From IMG/VR virus record IMGVR_UViG_3300030330_006022, positions 50,351 to 114,350 of that record: a stretch of 64,000 bases of DNA; one strand, given 5' to 3'. How positions within the stretch are numbered: the first letter of the stretch is position 1; every line of letters starts with the position of its first letter. Positions 9,755 through 20,800 of the stretch are shown here, one piece after another. The stretch is from a virus. Taxonomy: Duplodnaviria > Caudoviricetes. The notes beneath the pieces are model-generated. The model did not search any database, was not told where the DNA came from, and saw only the letters and a program-made list of their open reading frames with translations. The position numbers were made by a program, and so were the translations under genes.

Positions 9755-10049
9755 AGATATAACATTTGAAGAATACTACGAGCACTACTTGACATTACAC
9801 CAAAACAAATGGTGTAGAAGACTTCATGTTTTAGGACAGATAATGACTATTGCTTTTGTTGTTATTTGTATTAAATATAGTTTGTGGTTATTGTTGCTAG
9901 CAACACCGTTTGTAGTTTATCCTTTTGCTTGGACTGGTCATTACATCTTTGAAAAAAATGAACCTGCTGCGTTTAAAAACCCTTTGTGGGCTAAAGCTTG
10001 TGATTGGGTTATGCTAAAGGATATAATAATAGGTAAAATACCGTTTTAA
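9747..10049 (+). CDS. DUF962/Mpo1-like small membrane protein
   Basis: YL..H.....RRLH..G, a hydrophobic hairpin and FAWTGHYIFEKNEPAAF. Confidence 0.85.
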   Translation: MSKDITFEEYYEHYLTLHQNKWCRRLHVLGQIMTIAFVVICIKYSLWLLLLATPFVVYPFAWTGHYIFEKNEPAAFKNPLWAKACDWVMLKDIIIGKIPF

Positions 10050-10059
10050 GGAGAAAAAA

Positions 10060-10911
10060 ATGAAAAAAGTATTAGTAACAGGTGGTTGTGGATTTGTAGG
10101 AAGTAATTTGGTAGATATACTGATTAATAGCGGTAATCATGTTACTGTTATCGATGACCTGTCTTTTGGTAAAAAAGAATATTGTAATATAAAAGCAAAA
10201 TATATATTTGATGATTTTAAAAAGGTGTTAAATAATCACGAAGAAAAATATGATGTAATATATCATTTAGCAGCTGAGGCTAGAATACAACCATCTTTTA
10301 AAAATCCTCTGTATACTTGTGAAAACAATTCTTATGGAACTGCAATAGTTTGTGAATATGCAAGAAAAAACAATTCCATGATTGTGTATGCTGGTTCTAG
10401 TTCATTTTATGGTGGTGTGTATTTAAATCCATATGCATTCGCAAAATGGCAAGGTGAAGAAGTCATACAAATGTATACTAAAGTATATAATGTGAAAAGC
10501 GGAATAGCCAGGTTCTTTAATGTTTATGGGCCTAGAAACCCTTTGATAGGTCAATACACACCCGTGGTAGCTATTTTTGAACAGCAAATGCTAGACTTTA
10601 AACCACTAACAATTGTTGGAGACGGAGAGCAAAGAAGAGACTTTACTCACGTATATGATATATGTCAAGGGTTAATTGACATTTCTTTGGAAGATAGACA
10701 AGGAGAGGTATACAACCTAGGAACAGGTAAAAACTTTTCCATAAATGAGTTAGCTGACTTATTTGGTGGAGAGAAAAAGTACTTACCTGCTAGACCTGGA
10801 GAAGTTAGAGTAACACTTGCTGACACATCTAAAATAAATAAAGCAACTGGCTGGAAAGCCAAATACGATTTAGAAAAATACATAAAGGAGTTTAAAAATG
10901 AAATTATCTGA
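10060..10911 (+). CDS. NAD-dependent NDP-sugar 4-epimerase (GalE-like)
   Basis: VTGGCGFVGS, HLAA, YAFAK, RFFNVYGP, GDGEQRRDFTHV. Confidence 0.9.
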   Translation: MKKVLVTGGCGFVGSNLVDILINSGNHVTVIDDLSFGKKEYCNIKAKYIFDDFKKVLNNHEEKYDVIYHLAAEARIQPSFKNPLYTCENNSYGTAIVCEYARKNNSMIVYAGSSSFYGGVYLNPYAFAKWQGEEVIQMYTKVYNVKSGIARFFNVYGPRNPLIGQYTPVVAIFEQQMLDFKPLTIVGDGEQRRDFTHVYDICQGLIDISLEDRQGEVYNLGTGKNFSINELADLFGGEKKYLPARPGEVRVTLADTSKINKATGWKAKYDLEKYIKEFKNEII

Positions 10912-11083
10912 TCAAGCACTTGGAGCTATTATGATGGCTCTTCAAAAGTCTCTACTAGAGCAATCTGATATCACACCCGTCTTAAAAGGTATGGAGTTTG
11001 ATATAATGGACAACGGAGAGCTTCTTGTTAAGAATCCTCCTGTTGTCAAAACAAATGTAAACGTTGGCGTTAAAGATGCCTAG
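10898..11083 (+). CDS. Hypothetical protein (61 aa)
   Basis: AAGGAG RBS; overlaps both neighbours. Confidence 0.65.
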   Translation: MKLSDQALGAIMMALQKSLLEQSDITPVLKGMEFDIMDNGELLVKNPPVVKTNVNVGVKDA

Positions 11084-11324
11084 ATACGTCTACAGATGTT
11101 CTAAATGCGAAGGAGAGTTTCAAGTTCGTCATGGAATGAGTGAAACTCAGGAACATTGTGAATTGTGTGAGGCTACAGGAACTCTTCAACGCATCCCTCA
11201 ACTAACTTCCATTTCTAAACCTCCGTCGGAAGAGGGAAAGAGAGTTAAAGAAGCTATTGAGGATAATAAGAAAATATTTAAAGAACTATATAACGAAGCG
11301 AGGACACAAACATATGACGATTGA
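11076..11324 (+). CDS. FmdB-family zinc-ribbon protein
   Basis: MPRYVYRCSKCEGEF...CELC pattern; ATG at 11076. Confidence 0.8.
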   Translation: MPRYVYRCSKCEGEFQVRHGMSETQEHCELCEATGTLQRIPQLTSISKPPSEEGKRVKEAIEDNKKIFKELYNEARTQTYDD

Positions 11325-11739
11325 TGCTGCTCTTACAATTGTGCTTTTAGGGAGCCTAGGATGTAATTTATTGGCCGCTGTTTACATTAGAGACATACTA
11401 GGTAGGCTTGGCTGGTTAACGCAAAATTTGGCTAATTTAACGGAATTAATAAGAGGTTTTCAAAACCACATTAGAGGTGTCCATGAGCTTGAGAAGTTTT
11501 ATGGAGACAAAGATTTAAAATTACTTGTTCAACATACAAGTGATTTGATAGAGGTCATGGATGATTATTTAGAGGTTGGATTGGATTCTGAATTAATCGA
11601 GGAAGAACTAACCGAGGACAACACAAATGACACAACGAAAAAGAAAACCGAGAACAAAAAGGATGTATTTTACTCAGATACACGAGGACGCGATTCTGAA
11701 GTATTGCGATCCGGCTACGACTTATCTGGAAAAGTGTGA
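11314..11739 (+). CDS. Hypothetical membrane-anchored protein
   Basis: GAGGA RBS before ATG 11314; N-terminal hydrophobic helix followed by a helical/acidic region. Confidence 0.6.
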   Translation: MTIDAALTIVLLGSLGCNLLAAVYIRDILGRLGWLTQNLANLTELIRGFQNHIRGVHELEKFYGDKDLKLLVQHTSDLIEVMDDYLEVGLDSELIEEELTEDNTNDTTKKKTENKKDVFYSDTRGRDSEVLRSGYDLSGKV

Positions 11740-12328
11740 ACTATATGAAAATTTAATACAACCTGCTTTTTCTGAAATGGTTGATAAAATAGTATTCACT
11801 TATAGGTTTACCACTTTACCTAATATAGAAGATCTTAGAGAGGACTGCAAAGTTTGGCTCACCACTATATTAGCTAAATATGACCCCAATCGTGGATCAA
11901 AAGCATTTTCATACTTTTCAGTAATAACAAAAAATTGGTTTATTCACCAAGTAAAGAAAAACTCTAAAAGAGCAAAAAGAGAAGTTGATTTTGAATCAGC
12001 GGATGCTGAGTTAGAAAAAGCAAAACTAACAACTAGAAACCTATATGTAGAACAACAAATAGAAAAAGAGTTCTGGGAACACTTGTGGGCTGAAATAAAC
12101 AGCTGGGAAGTATCTATTATGAATGAAAATGAAAAGAAAGTATACAATGCTGTTAAAATTCTTTTAAACTCAAAAGAAGAAATAGATATTTTTAATAAAA
12201 AAGCAATATATTTTTATCTCAGGGAAATAACAGATTTAAACACAAAGCAAATTGTTTCTCAACTAAACAAGATGAGAAAAAAATACAAAACTTTCAAGTA
12301 CAAATGGGATAATCACAAATTTGAGTGA
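11627..12328 (+). CDS. Phage late-transcription sigma factor (T4 gp55-like)
   Basis: MYFT...AI..Y, EDL..DC and KYDP.RGSKAFSYFSVITKNWF (region-2-like AF.YF motif); lies just upstream of the structural module. Confidence 0.65.
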   Translation: MTQRKRKPRTKRMYFTQIHEDAILKYCDPATTYLEKCELYENLIQPAFSEMVDKIVFTYRFTTLPNIEDLREDCKVWLTTILAKYDPNRGSKAFSYFSVITKNWFIHQVKKNSKRAKREVDFESADAELEKAKLTTRNLYVEQQIEKEFWEHLWAEINSWEVSIMNENEKKVYNAVKILLNSKEEIDIFNKKAIYFYLREITDLNTKQIVSQLNKMRKKYKTFKYKWDNHKFE

Positions 12329-12342
12329 TAACTAATTATTAT

Positions 12343-12630
12343 ATGTCAAAAAAATTAGATGAAATTATACAAAAAACACTCGCCAACATTGAAGAAGACC
12401 GATTAGTTACTCGAGATCTACTTGAAGATGCTATGGAATATCTTGCAAAAGATGAACATCGTCATAGAGAAATTGGTCTCACTCTAGCTAAGTATGTTGA
12501 AACTTTACAGCGTTCAAACGAACAAATGGTAAAGGTCGCTTCGCTTATTCAAAAAGAAGAAAAGAAAGAAGACGGAATCTCCAAAGAAGAAATGGATAAC
12601 ATATTTTCTGCAATTGCGGAGGAAGAATAA
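12343..12630 (+). CDS. Hypothetical helical protein
   Basis: ATG at 12343 (the track starts at GTG 12325); TAATG coupling to the next gene. Confidence 0.7.
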   Translation: MSKKLDEIIQKTLANIEEDRLVTRDLLEDAMEYLAKDEHRHREIGLTLAKYVETLQRSNEQMVKVASLIQKEEKKEDGISKEEMDNIFSAIAEEE

Positions 12631-13799
12631 TGTCTGGTTGTGGAAATGATAAGAAAAAATCTTTCTTAAGCAAACCTACTGCTAGAGTTAGGAATAGAAG
12701 AGCTGAGATTGAAAGAGCACAAAGAGAAGCAGCAGGCACATTAACAGGTAAAACTATCTTTAGAGCTAGAGTTGTTGCCCTCCCAGCTCAAGAAACTGCC
12801 GGTATAAAAATGGCAGATGGAGTAGCATTAGAAGGTTTCTCTGATTCTTTGTTTCAACTAAAAGAAGGTAGTTTTACCATGGTAAATTATGTTAGAGTTT
12901 TTGGCTTAGATGGGTCTTTACCAGACCCGGCAGAACCAGGTATTACAACTGATTCAGCAGTAATCGCCATGGCAATGCACGGACCAGCATATGCACCAGA
13001 ATATATGAATTTAAAGTGTGGAGATATCATAGCAGTACAATTTGAAGAGGCTCCTGCAACACAATTATCCAACCAAATACCAAAAGTGATAAGCAAGTTT
13101 GAGAGCGATGAAGCATACGCCGACAGAGTCAGAGCTAATTTAGGAGCTAGTACTAGTGTTTTCTTAGGACTAGATAGTTCTTCTTTTCTTGGAGGCAACA
13201 ACAACCCATCAGGCTTTGACAATATAATATTCGAACTAGAGTCTAAGATTCCAATCGCTACAGGTATAAAAAAATCACCAAATATACCAGGTTTAACTCA
13301 GATAGTTGAAAATGAATACAAAATATGGGTGGGTAAAAAAGAAACCAACCAAGATGTTTATCAAACTTTGAAAAAATATTGGGACAATATACAATATGCA
13401 GGCTGGACACCCTCAGGTGACCCATGGTCAGCAGCTTTTATTTCTTGGATTTTAAAAGACCATGGATTCCCAAAAGCTTCTGCTCATCGAATATACTCAA
13501 ATTCTGCTTTACAAAACAGAATAGCTTCAAAAAAAGGTTGGCAACTTTTTTCTCTTTTACGAGAAACTCCAAAAGTTTCTGTTGGGGATGTTATGGTTAA
13601 GCCTCGTTATCCACAACCTCCTAACTATAAAGCAACACACGGCGATGCAGTCTATAAAATATCTAATAATATCGCCTACTTAACAGGTGGTAATGTTGGC
13701 GACACAATGGTAATAAATGTTGCTGTTAAACTAAATCCTGATGGTACTGTAAAAAATCGGCAAAAGTACGTCGCAATTTTAAAAAAAATAGAGGATTAA
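12630..13799 (+). CDS. gp5-like baseplate hub protein with a C-terminal DUF2272/CHAP-like cell-wall hydrolase domain
   Basis: N-terminal OB-like strands (FRARVV, LKCGDIIAVQFE); C-terminal PWSAAFISW, VGDV, THGDAV, GGNVGD. Confidence 0.65.
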   Translation: MSGCGNDKKKSFLSKPTARVRNRRAEIERAQREAAGTLTGKTIFRARVVALPAQETAGIKMADGVALEGFSDSLFQLKEGSFTMVNYVRVFGLDGSLPDPAEPGITTDSAVIAMAMHGPAYAPEYMNLKCGDIIAVQFEEAPATQLSNQIPKVISKFESDEAYADRVRANLGASTSVFLGLDSSSFLGGNNNPSGFDNIIFELESKIPIATGIKKSPNIPGLTQIVENEYKIWVGKKETNQDVYQTLKKYWDNIQYAGWTPSGDPWSAAFISWILKDHGFPKASAHRIYSNSALQNRIASKKGWQLFSLLRETPKVSVGDVMVKPRYPQPPNYKATHGDAVYKISNNIAYLTGGNVGDTMVINVAVKLNPDGTVKNRQKYVAILKKIED

Positions 13800-13802
13800 C
13801 AA

Positions 13803-14816
13803 ATGTCAATTTTTAGAAACAAAACACCAGAATTTTTAAAAGATGAAGTTTTAAATGGTATTAAGAGACCTGGTTTGCTACACACCAGATACTTTGAACC
13901 AATGCCAACATATGAAAAAGCTGAAGCCGAATTTATACTTCCTGATGCCTTATTCACAGATGGAGAAAATGATGGTGGTGATCAAAAATTAAATTGTGGC
14001 ATAGTTTTTGGTAGAGATAGAGACTCGCATCTAATGTCGGGTTATGGTAAAATTGGAGGAACACCATGTGCTGCTATCGACATAGTAGCCGGTAGGATGT
14101 CTTCTGCTAACACCAAGAAGGGCTTGTTTGGTAAAAAATTTGAACCTGTTGAAAGGGATACGCTAGTAGGAAGAAACTTTTTCTCTGATGCTTCTAGAAT
14201 ATATATAAGTCAAAAATGTGATATAGACCACTACTTTGGTTTACCCGATGGTAATTTTGGTAGACCAAAAGGAGAAGCTGGGATAGGCGTAAAATCAGAC
14301 CATGTTAGAATAATAGGTAGAGATTCGATTAAACTATTTGCAGGTTCTGCTAGAGCCGATAATCTAGGTATTCAAGGAGAACTTAATTCAAATGGTGATC
14401 AACTAATGAAATCAAAAATAGAATTTATAACTGACTTAGATGCAAAAACACAACCACTTGTCTTAGGGTCTAATCTAGTTGAATTTTTAGATGAAGTATT
14501 AGATAAGATATCTGATTTGCAGCAAGCTTTCTTTTTGACAAATGTAAATATTATAAAATTAGAAGCTGCATTGGCAAGTCATTTTCACATTGGTGGTGGT
14601 TTAGGTTATGTAACTGTAGGACCAGATCCTATACTTGCTTCAGTGTGTTTAAATGATATAAAAACAAACGTGCAGAAGATAACTGACAATGTTTCAAATG
14701 TTTTAAACTTTGAAGTTATGAGAGTAAACTATTTAGGATTGCCAAACTCAAACAACCCAGATCATAGAATAAAGACTGCAAAAAGTATTTTAAGCAGTAA
14801 CGTATACACAACATAG
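13803..14816 (+). CDS. Baseplate central spike protein (gp5 C-terminal/gpV-like)
   Basis: Beta-repeat region (SDASRIYIS, GIGVKSDHVRIIGRDSIKL), PLVLG..L and an HxH tip motif (SHFH); position between hub and wedge genes. Confidence 0.55.
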   Translation: MSIFRNKTPEFLKDEVLNGIKRPGLLHTRYFEPMPTYEKAEAEFILPDALFTDGENDGGDQKLNCGIVFGRDRDSHLMSGYGKIGGTPCAAIDIVAGRMSSANTKKGLFGKKFEPVERDTLVGRNFFSDASRIYISQKCDIDHYFGLPDGNFGRPKGEAGIGVKSDHVRIIGRDSIKLFAGSARADNLGIQGELNSNGDQLMKSKIEFITDLDAKTQPLVLGSNLVEFLDEVLDKISDLQQAFFLTNVNIIKLEAALASHFHIGGGLGYVTVGPDPILASVCLNDIKTNVQKITDNVSNVLNFEVMRVNYLGLPNSNNPDHRIKTAKSILSSNVYTT

Positions 14817-14824
14817 AGGAAATT

Positions 14825-17800
14825 ATGCCTGCAAAGTATCAAAGTATCAATAGGATAAAAAAAAATAAATTAATAATAAAAGCAAATAACACAGACAACA
14901 ACTCTGAGTTATATTTTTGGATTAAAGTTAGAGTGACAGAAAGTGATCCAATTGGCGATGATATAATTTATGTTAAAAACATACCTTGGCCTTTTGACAT
15001 AGAGGCTAAGTTGTATAAAAGAGGAAGACTCACTAATAATGTAAAATTTAACAAAGTGACTTATAGTAGCACTGATAAGAAATTAACGATAAAATTTGAA
15101 ACCTCAGGTGAAAAAAGTAAAAATAGAGAAAAGCATGCTCATTTTTTGAAAAAATTTAGAAACTTGAAAATGACAGAGGACAGTGGCAATAAAAAAGGGA
15201 TACAAAGATACAGAATCATACTTCAAAACGCTGCCTCTAGTGATATTAGAAACTACATAGAAGAAAATTATACCAACTTTGACTCTTTTCAAATTATAGG
15301 AGGTTTTGTAGAAAAAGGAACGTGGAAGCCTAATTCAGCATTAAAAAATGATGAAGACAAAAGTAAAGGTGATTTAATCTCTACTTTTGTAAGCGAACTA
15401 GAATATGAATCTATAAACGTCCCACCAGAAGCAAAACCAAAATCAAAAGTTGAAAGAAAAGAGTTTTTAAGCAATCTTGGTGTTAAGAAAAAAACCCCCA
15501 CTATACACGCACCTGGGCCTGTTTTTGGACATAAGCCAAAAATTAAAGCATTATCTAATAGTGATGGTTGCACACCAACTGAACTATCAGATCCAGATGG
15601 AAAAGCATCTGAGTTTTTTGAGTTATATGAAGAGGTGTGCGCTCCATTACCGGATGATGATGATATTTTGGAAAATTATCCAGATGATATATTTGTTAAG
15701 GCGTGTCCAACTTGTGTGCCTAATTTAAGCGCAACTCCTCTTGAGTGGTGGATAGAAGAGAATTTACCTAGAGATCGTGGAGAACCTTTTGAAGGTTTTA
15801 GGTATGGTCAAGTCTGGTTAAATGAAAAATTATGTGAATATAAAGTGGTGCTAAGAGATTTAGAAACTTACAGCTTAGGTGGTTTTAACGAATATACTAA
15901 TTTTAACAACAGGCAAGTTGTAATAGATAGAATGTCTCATGCAAGAAGAGCAGGTATTCAATTAATACTTGAAGAAACTGGTAAAGCTGTCACAGATAAT
16001 ATAATATGCGCTAATTTACCAAATATATCGACAGCAGATCGAGATGATTGTATTAGCATACCTTCTGATATTGAAATTGAAACATACAAGATCAACCTAC
16101 AATTTCCACCTCAAATTCAAGTTATAAAACAAAATATAGATACAGATCAAAATGATGGCACTTACATGACACTATACGGTGTCTCATCATCTGTTGAGTT
16201 TCAACAGTATCTTTTAAATCCCAAAGCATTAGAGATTTACTCTAAGTCTGAAATATATGCTTACAAAACAGCAACAGCTCAATATGCAAAACAACTAAAC
16301 CCTTGTTATGTGATATCTGTCCCAGCAAATTTGATAAATATGCAGAGTGATGATTTAGTATCTGAGGCAAATGAAAAATTTGAAGAACAATCAGAAGATC
16401 CAGATAATAAAGAGGTTGAAGGTTTAAACTCAGTTGTAATTAGAGGAACAGAACTTAATAATATTTTTAAAATAGATCTACCGAATATATTTGAGATATT
16501 TGGAGAATATCAAGCCAACTTTCTTTACTTTCAAAATGGAACTTTGAGAATCGAGACGCTTGGTGGTGGTAGCAAAAAATTCTATCTTTTTCAATATCCA
16601 CAAAAATTTAAACAATTTTATGCTGATATTAAAAATCTTTTAGAAAATAATGGATTTAGATTGCGTAACAAAGATGATGGATTCAAACACGCGTATGAAA
16701 TAAAAATTAGAGTCGATGATGAGTTTAAGATAAAAAAGGTAAAAGCAAAGTATATAGGTTGTCCTTGGAAAACATGTAGAAGAGGACTTAAAGCATTTAA
16801 AAACAAATACGCAAATGAAACAACTTTAATATCATATGTCATAAAAAGTGAAACCATGCAGAAAAATATAGGTAATGAATTACCTCCTTGGCTTGATTAT
16901 ATCATCGAGTATACATATCCAAGACTTTTGGTTTCATATGGCAACACAGACAGAGAGGTAAACTTTGAAAGCTGCCTTAACAGCGATAACAAGGACCCTA
17001 ATGATCCTGGTAGTATGGTAAATCTAGATGTAGATGAATTCTTAGAAGATTTTTTATTATCTTTAGTTAGTAGTTTTTCTGGTGCTTTACAGTACTCACT
17101 AAACAGTTTAAACTGTAGGACATTAGCTGAGTACAGTCCTTTAGGTTATGAAAAACTATTTGAACCTTTAACTCAAATGGGTCAACACCCTGACGTAGTA
17201 CAGACCATAGCAGACTATGGAGCATTTAATCAGGGCTTGGATGATGTAATTGGAATTAAATCTAAAACTAAAAAAACATATAAAAAGCTTATGAAAGGAG
17301 CTGGTTCTTTTGAATTTAATTTTTTTCAAAGATTAACAGGAGTAACTACAAAAGAATATGTCAAAGAGTTTAGGTCTAATGCTGGAGAGGCAATAGGTGA
17401 ATTGTTTACTAAAATGCGACCTTGTGATTGGGAAAAAATACTACTAGATCTTTTACGGTGTTTAATGAAAGGCTTAAACGCAAATACAGCTTTAAAAAAA
17501 ATAGCAAAAGCCTTGATGGGTGACTTAGACCCTGTTAGCTTTGCTAGAGTGTTTAAAGGATTACCACCAGAGGTTCAATTAGAAGTTCAAGAAGATATTG
17601 TAAATGCTTTAAAAAGAATACCATGGTTTGCTGAACAATACGAAGAGTTTAACATTGAAGATTTTGTTGCTTTATCTAACAATAAAACTAAAGAAAATGC
17701 AAATTCTTACGAAGAAGAAAGAGATAAACTGGAAAACCCACCGGAAACACAGCAAGCAGATCCAAGTAACGCAGATAAGATACAAAACGAAAGAGACAAT

Positions 17801-20800
17801 AAAGAGAAAAAACAAGCAGAAATAGAATCTTTAATGATAGATTATGAAGAACAGTTAGAAATTAATGAAATGTTTTTTGTAATTGAAAGTGAACTTGTAG
17901 AGTTGCGAGATAAAGATGCCGATTTATTAACACAAATTTTAGATTATAGGGTACTTGTTTCCGAAACTGGAGGAGAATTAGAAAGTTATGAACAAAGCTA
18001 TATTGATGAACTTGAAAGACAACACGAAGAAGTTAAAGCTGCAAGAATTTTAAAACAAGAGCAATATGATTTGTGGAAAAATGTTGTTTATGTAGACGAA
18101 GAAAATACAGAGTTGGTGTCTGATCTTATGCTTTATTCGATAGAATCAATAAAACAATCAATAAATAGTTCTAACCTAGCCTTACTAGAAGAACTAACAA
18201 AAGACTACAGCCCAAATGCATATGAAAAAGCCACTAGAGAAATAATAACCATCATAGGGGAAGCATACATAGACTTAATTGTAGAAAAGCTGAATATAGT
18301 TCAACTACAAAATTTAGTAGATTCTTTACCTGGTTCAGATCTCTTTGTTAGTGTTTTCAAAGCTGCTTTGTGTCCCCATAAAGAAATATTTGATGTTTGG
18401 AGTAAAGCTGCCTGGGCTGGTATGGAAATCAACCCTTGTAAAAGCACAAGTTGGAAAATTCCACCTATACCTGAAATACCAAAATTAAACTTATTATATA
18501 TATTAAACTTTTTAAAAGAACAATTTCTTTTAGCCTTAGTAAGAGCAATTGTTGCCGTGCTTATTTCGTATTTTATGAAATCTTTACAACTTCTTTTAGA
18601 CAAATTATGCGATATTTTATCGGGGGCGATGGGTGCTTTGTTTAACAATTCAGGCGAAGGTACTTTGTTTGATGCTGTAGCAGAAGCATTTTGCGATGAT
18701 TTGTTTGACACAGACGGCTCTGGAGGGGCACCTCAAGACGACTCAGGTGTTAATACAGTAATTGATGCTTTAAAACAAAATTCTAACTATTGTCCACCTA
18801 ACAAAGAAGTTAATAAAGAAGTAGTGTACAAATGGGGTCTGGCGATATCTGAGCAAGTCCCATTAGAGTTTTGGCAAAAATTAATGACAGAAGGTGGCAT
18901 AGCTGCTGAAGACCCTTTGATGCAATTAGTTTGGGAAATAACAAAGCAGTTTCCTGAAATGGAATGCTACTTTCAAGATATAAGTGATTTGTTAAGTTTC
19001 TTTAACATATTAAAAAGTTACTTACCAGAAGGCACAGCTATACAAATAGAAGACACCCTTAACACACTAGAGTACAATTCAACTGGTAACGAACTTTGCA
19101 AAATGTTTTGTTCTGATTTTAACACTGGGCTTGAAGACGACTTACCAGACTACCCTTTTGATGTTGATACCAGTGAAGTATCTCAAACATTTGAAGATTT
19201 GCTAGATGCATTTTACGGCGGCCCTGATTCCGCTTTGGAGGATTTATTAAGAGACATAGCAGATGATCCATTTTCCGCAGCTGCTTATTGTGACGATATA
19301 AGAAATGCCAATGATATAGGTGAAGACAATTTATCTGGTAAACAACCATTAGTACCACCAGAGCCACAAGAATTAACAGAACTGAGAGAAGAGATTGTGG
19401 ATTCTGTTTTTTCTAATTTAGAAGTTGCTTATAATAACGATATGATAATTGATTTTGATTCGTTCTTTAATAACCTCTTAGCAGATAAAGATAATAAAAA
19501 ACTCACTAAAGGTGAATTGTTTGATCCTTCACATGAGTTTAGAGAAAAAACAAACCTTTTGTTTCCTAATTCTGCCAACAATGCTAATGAGCACGAATTA
19601 ATGTGGTATCGTGGAGGTTTTATTAAAAAGTTCTTTATGAGAGTAAATTCAGTACTTGGAGACCCATCTTCTGGTGAGCAATCCCAAGCTTCAGCAGATC
19701 TAGATGATGTAGAAGTTGAAGATGAAGAGGGTGATGAAGGAGGTATTTTAAAGAAAGCAATAGCAAAGGCAAAAGAACTTATACAAAAATTCCAAGACGC
19801 ATTTGCAGAAAAATTTGGTTTTAATGGTCCAATAAAAACATTATTTATGATTTTTAAACTAGACTTTCCTATTGCTAGAAACCTGTTTCCAAGAACAGTA
19901 GGGATAAATTATTTAGAAAGCTTACAAGACAATAAGCCAAAATATGTATTAAAAAAACTACCATATGATAAAGAAGAGATTTGGTATGGATTTGATATTG
20001 AAGAAATTGATTTAAAATCCAACCCTTCAGCTAATGTAACTAATAGAGAATACCTACAAAAAGATGATGATATACACATATATTACGACTCACCTGAGGG
20101 TTATAGAGTTGAAACTGGTTTTTCTAGTAACTACATACCTGATCCTGAGAGTCCTAATTTTTATGCTTCTTGTTATGTCGAATATGACCAATCTGCTGAA
20201 CCCCCTGGAAGTTCAAACTTAACAGATCAAGATGATGAGGGAAATGAAGTAGCTGTATTTCCTGGCTTATTTGGCGGTAATCCGAACTCAACTAAGATAA
20301 GAGAACCAGTTTTTTCTGCTGTGGTACCAATAGATACCTCATATTATCAAAAAACATACGAAACTTATGTTGAAGGGTATACTCAAAATTCTTTAAATTC
20401 TCATTTTAGACAATCTGGTTTTTTTACTAAAAAAGAACAATTACAATCGTATGCATTTAAAAAATACATAACCTACAAAATACATGAAGAAGCAGGAATA
20501 CCAACAGATCATTTGAAATTTTCTACAATACATCCAAGTACTGACAGTCTTTACGCTACACTATATAACAGTAATAGTGACTTAAGATTTAATGATGATT
20601 ATGGTTCATTATTATTTTACGACAGAGTAGCTCAAGACGCAATAAGTGTTTTTATGAAAACCGTTTTAGGGAGTGGAACATACAGAGTAGGTAATTCCAT
20701 TCAACCTCCAAATGCTTTTAGGTTTGGCTATTCATCAGAACATAGATTAGATGGTGATGACTTAACGTATGTAGACCCTGATAAAGCAGGGCGCAATAAG

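Noticed and set aside
1-10911. Bacterial O-antigen/capsule locus, i.e. a host chromosome or chimeric contig
   Set aside because: No wzx/wzy/ABC export genes seen; same strand, composition and coupling run unbroken into phage genes; no integrase or att site recognised
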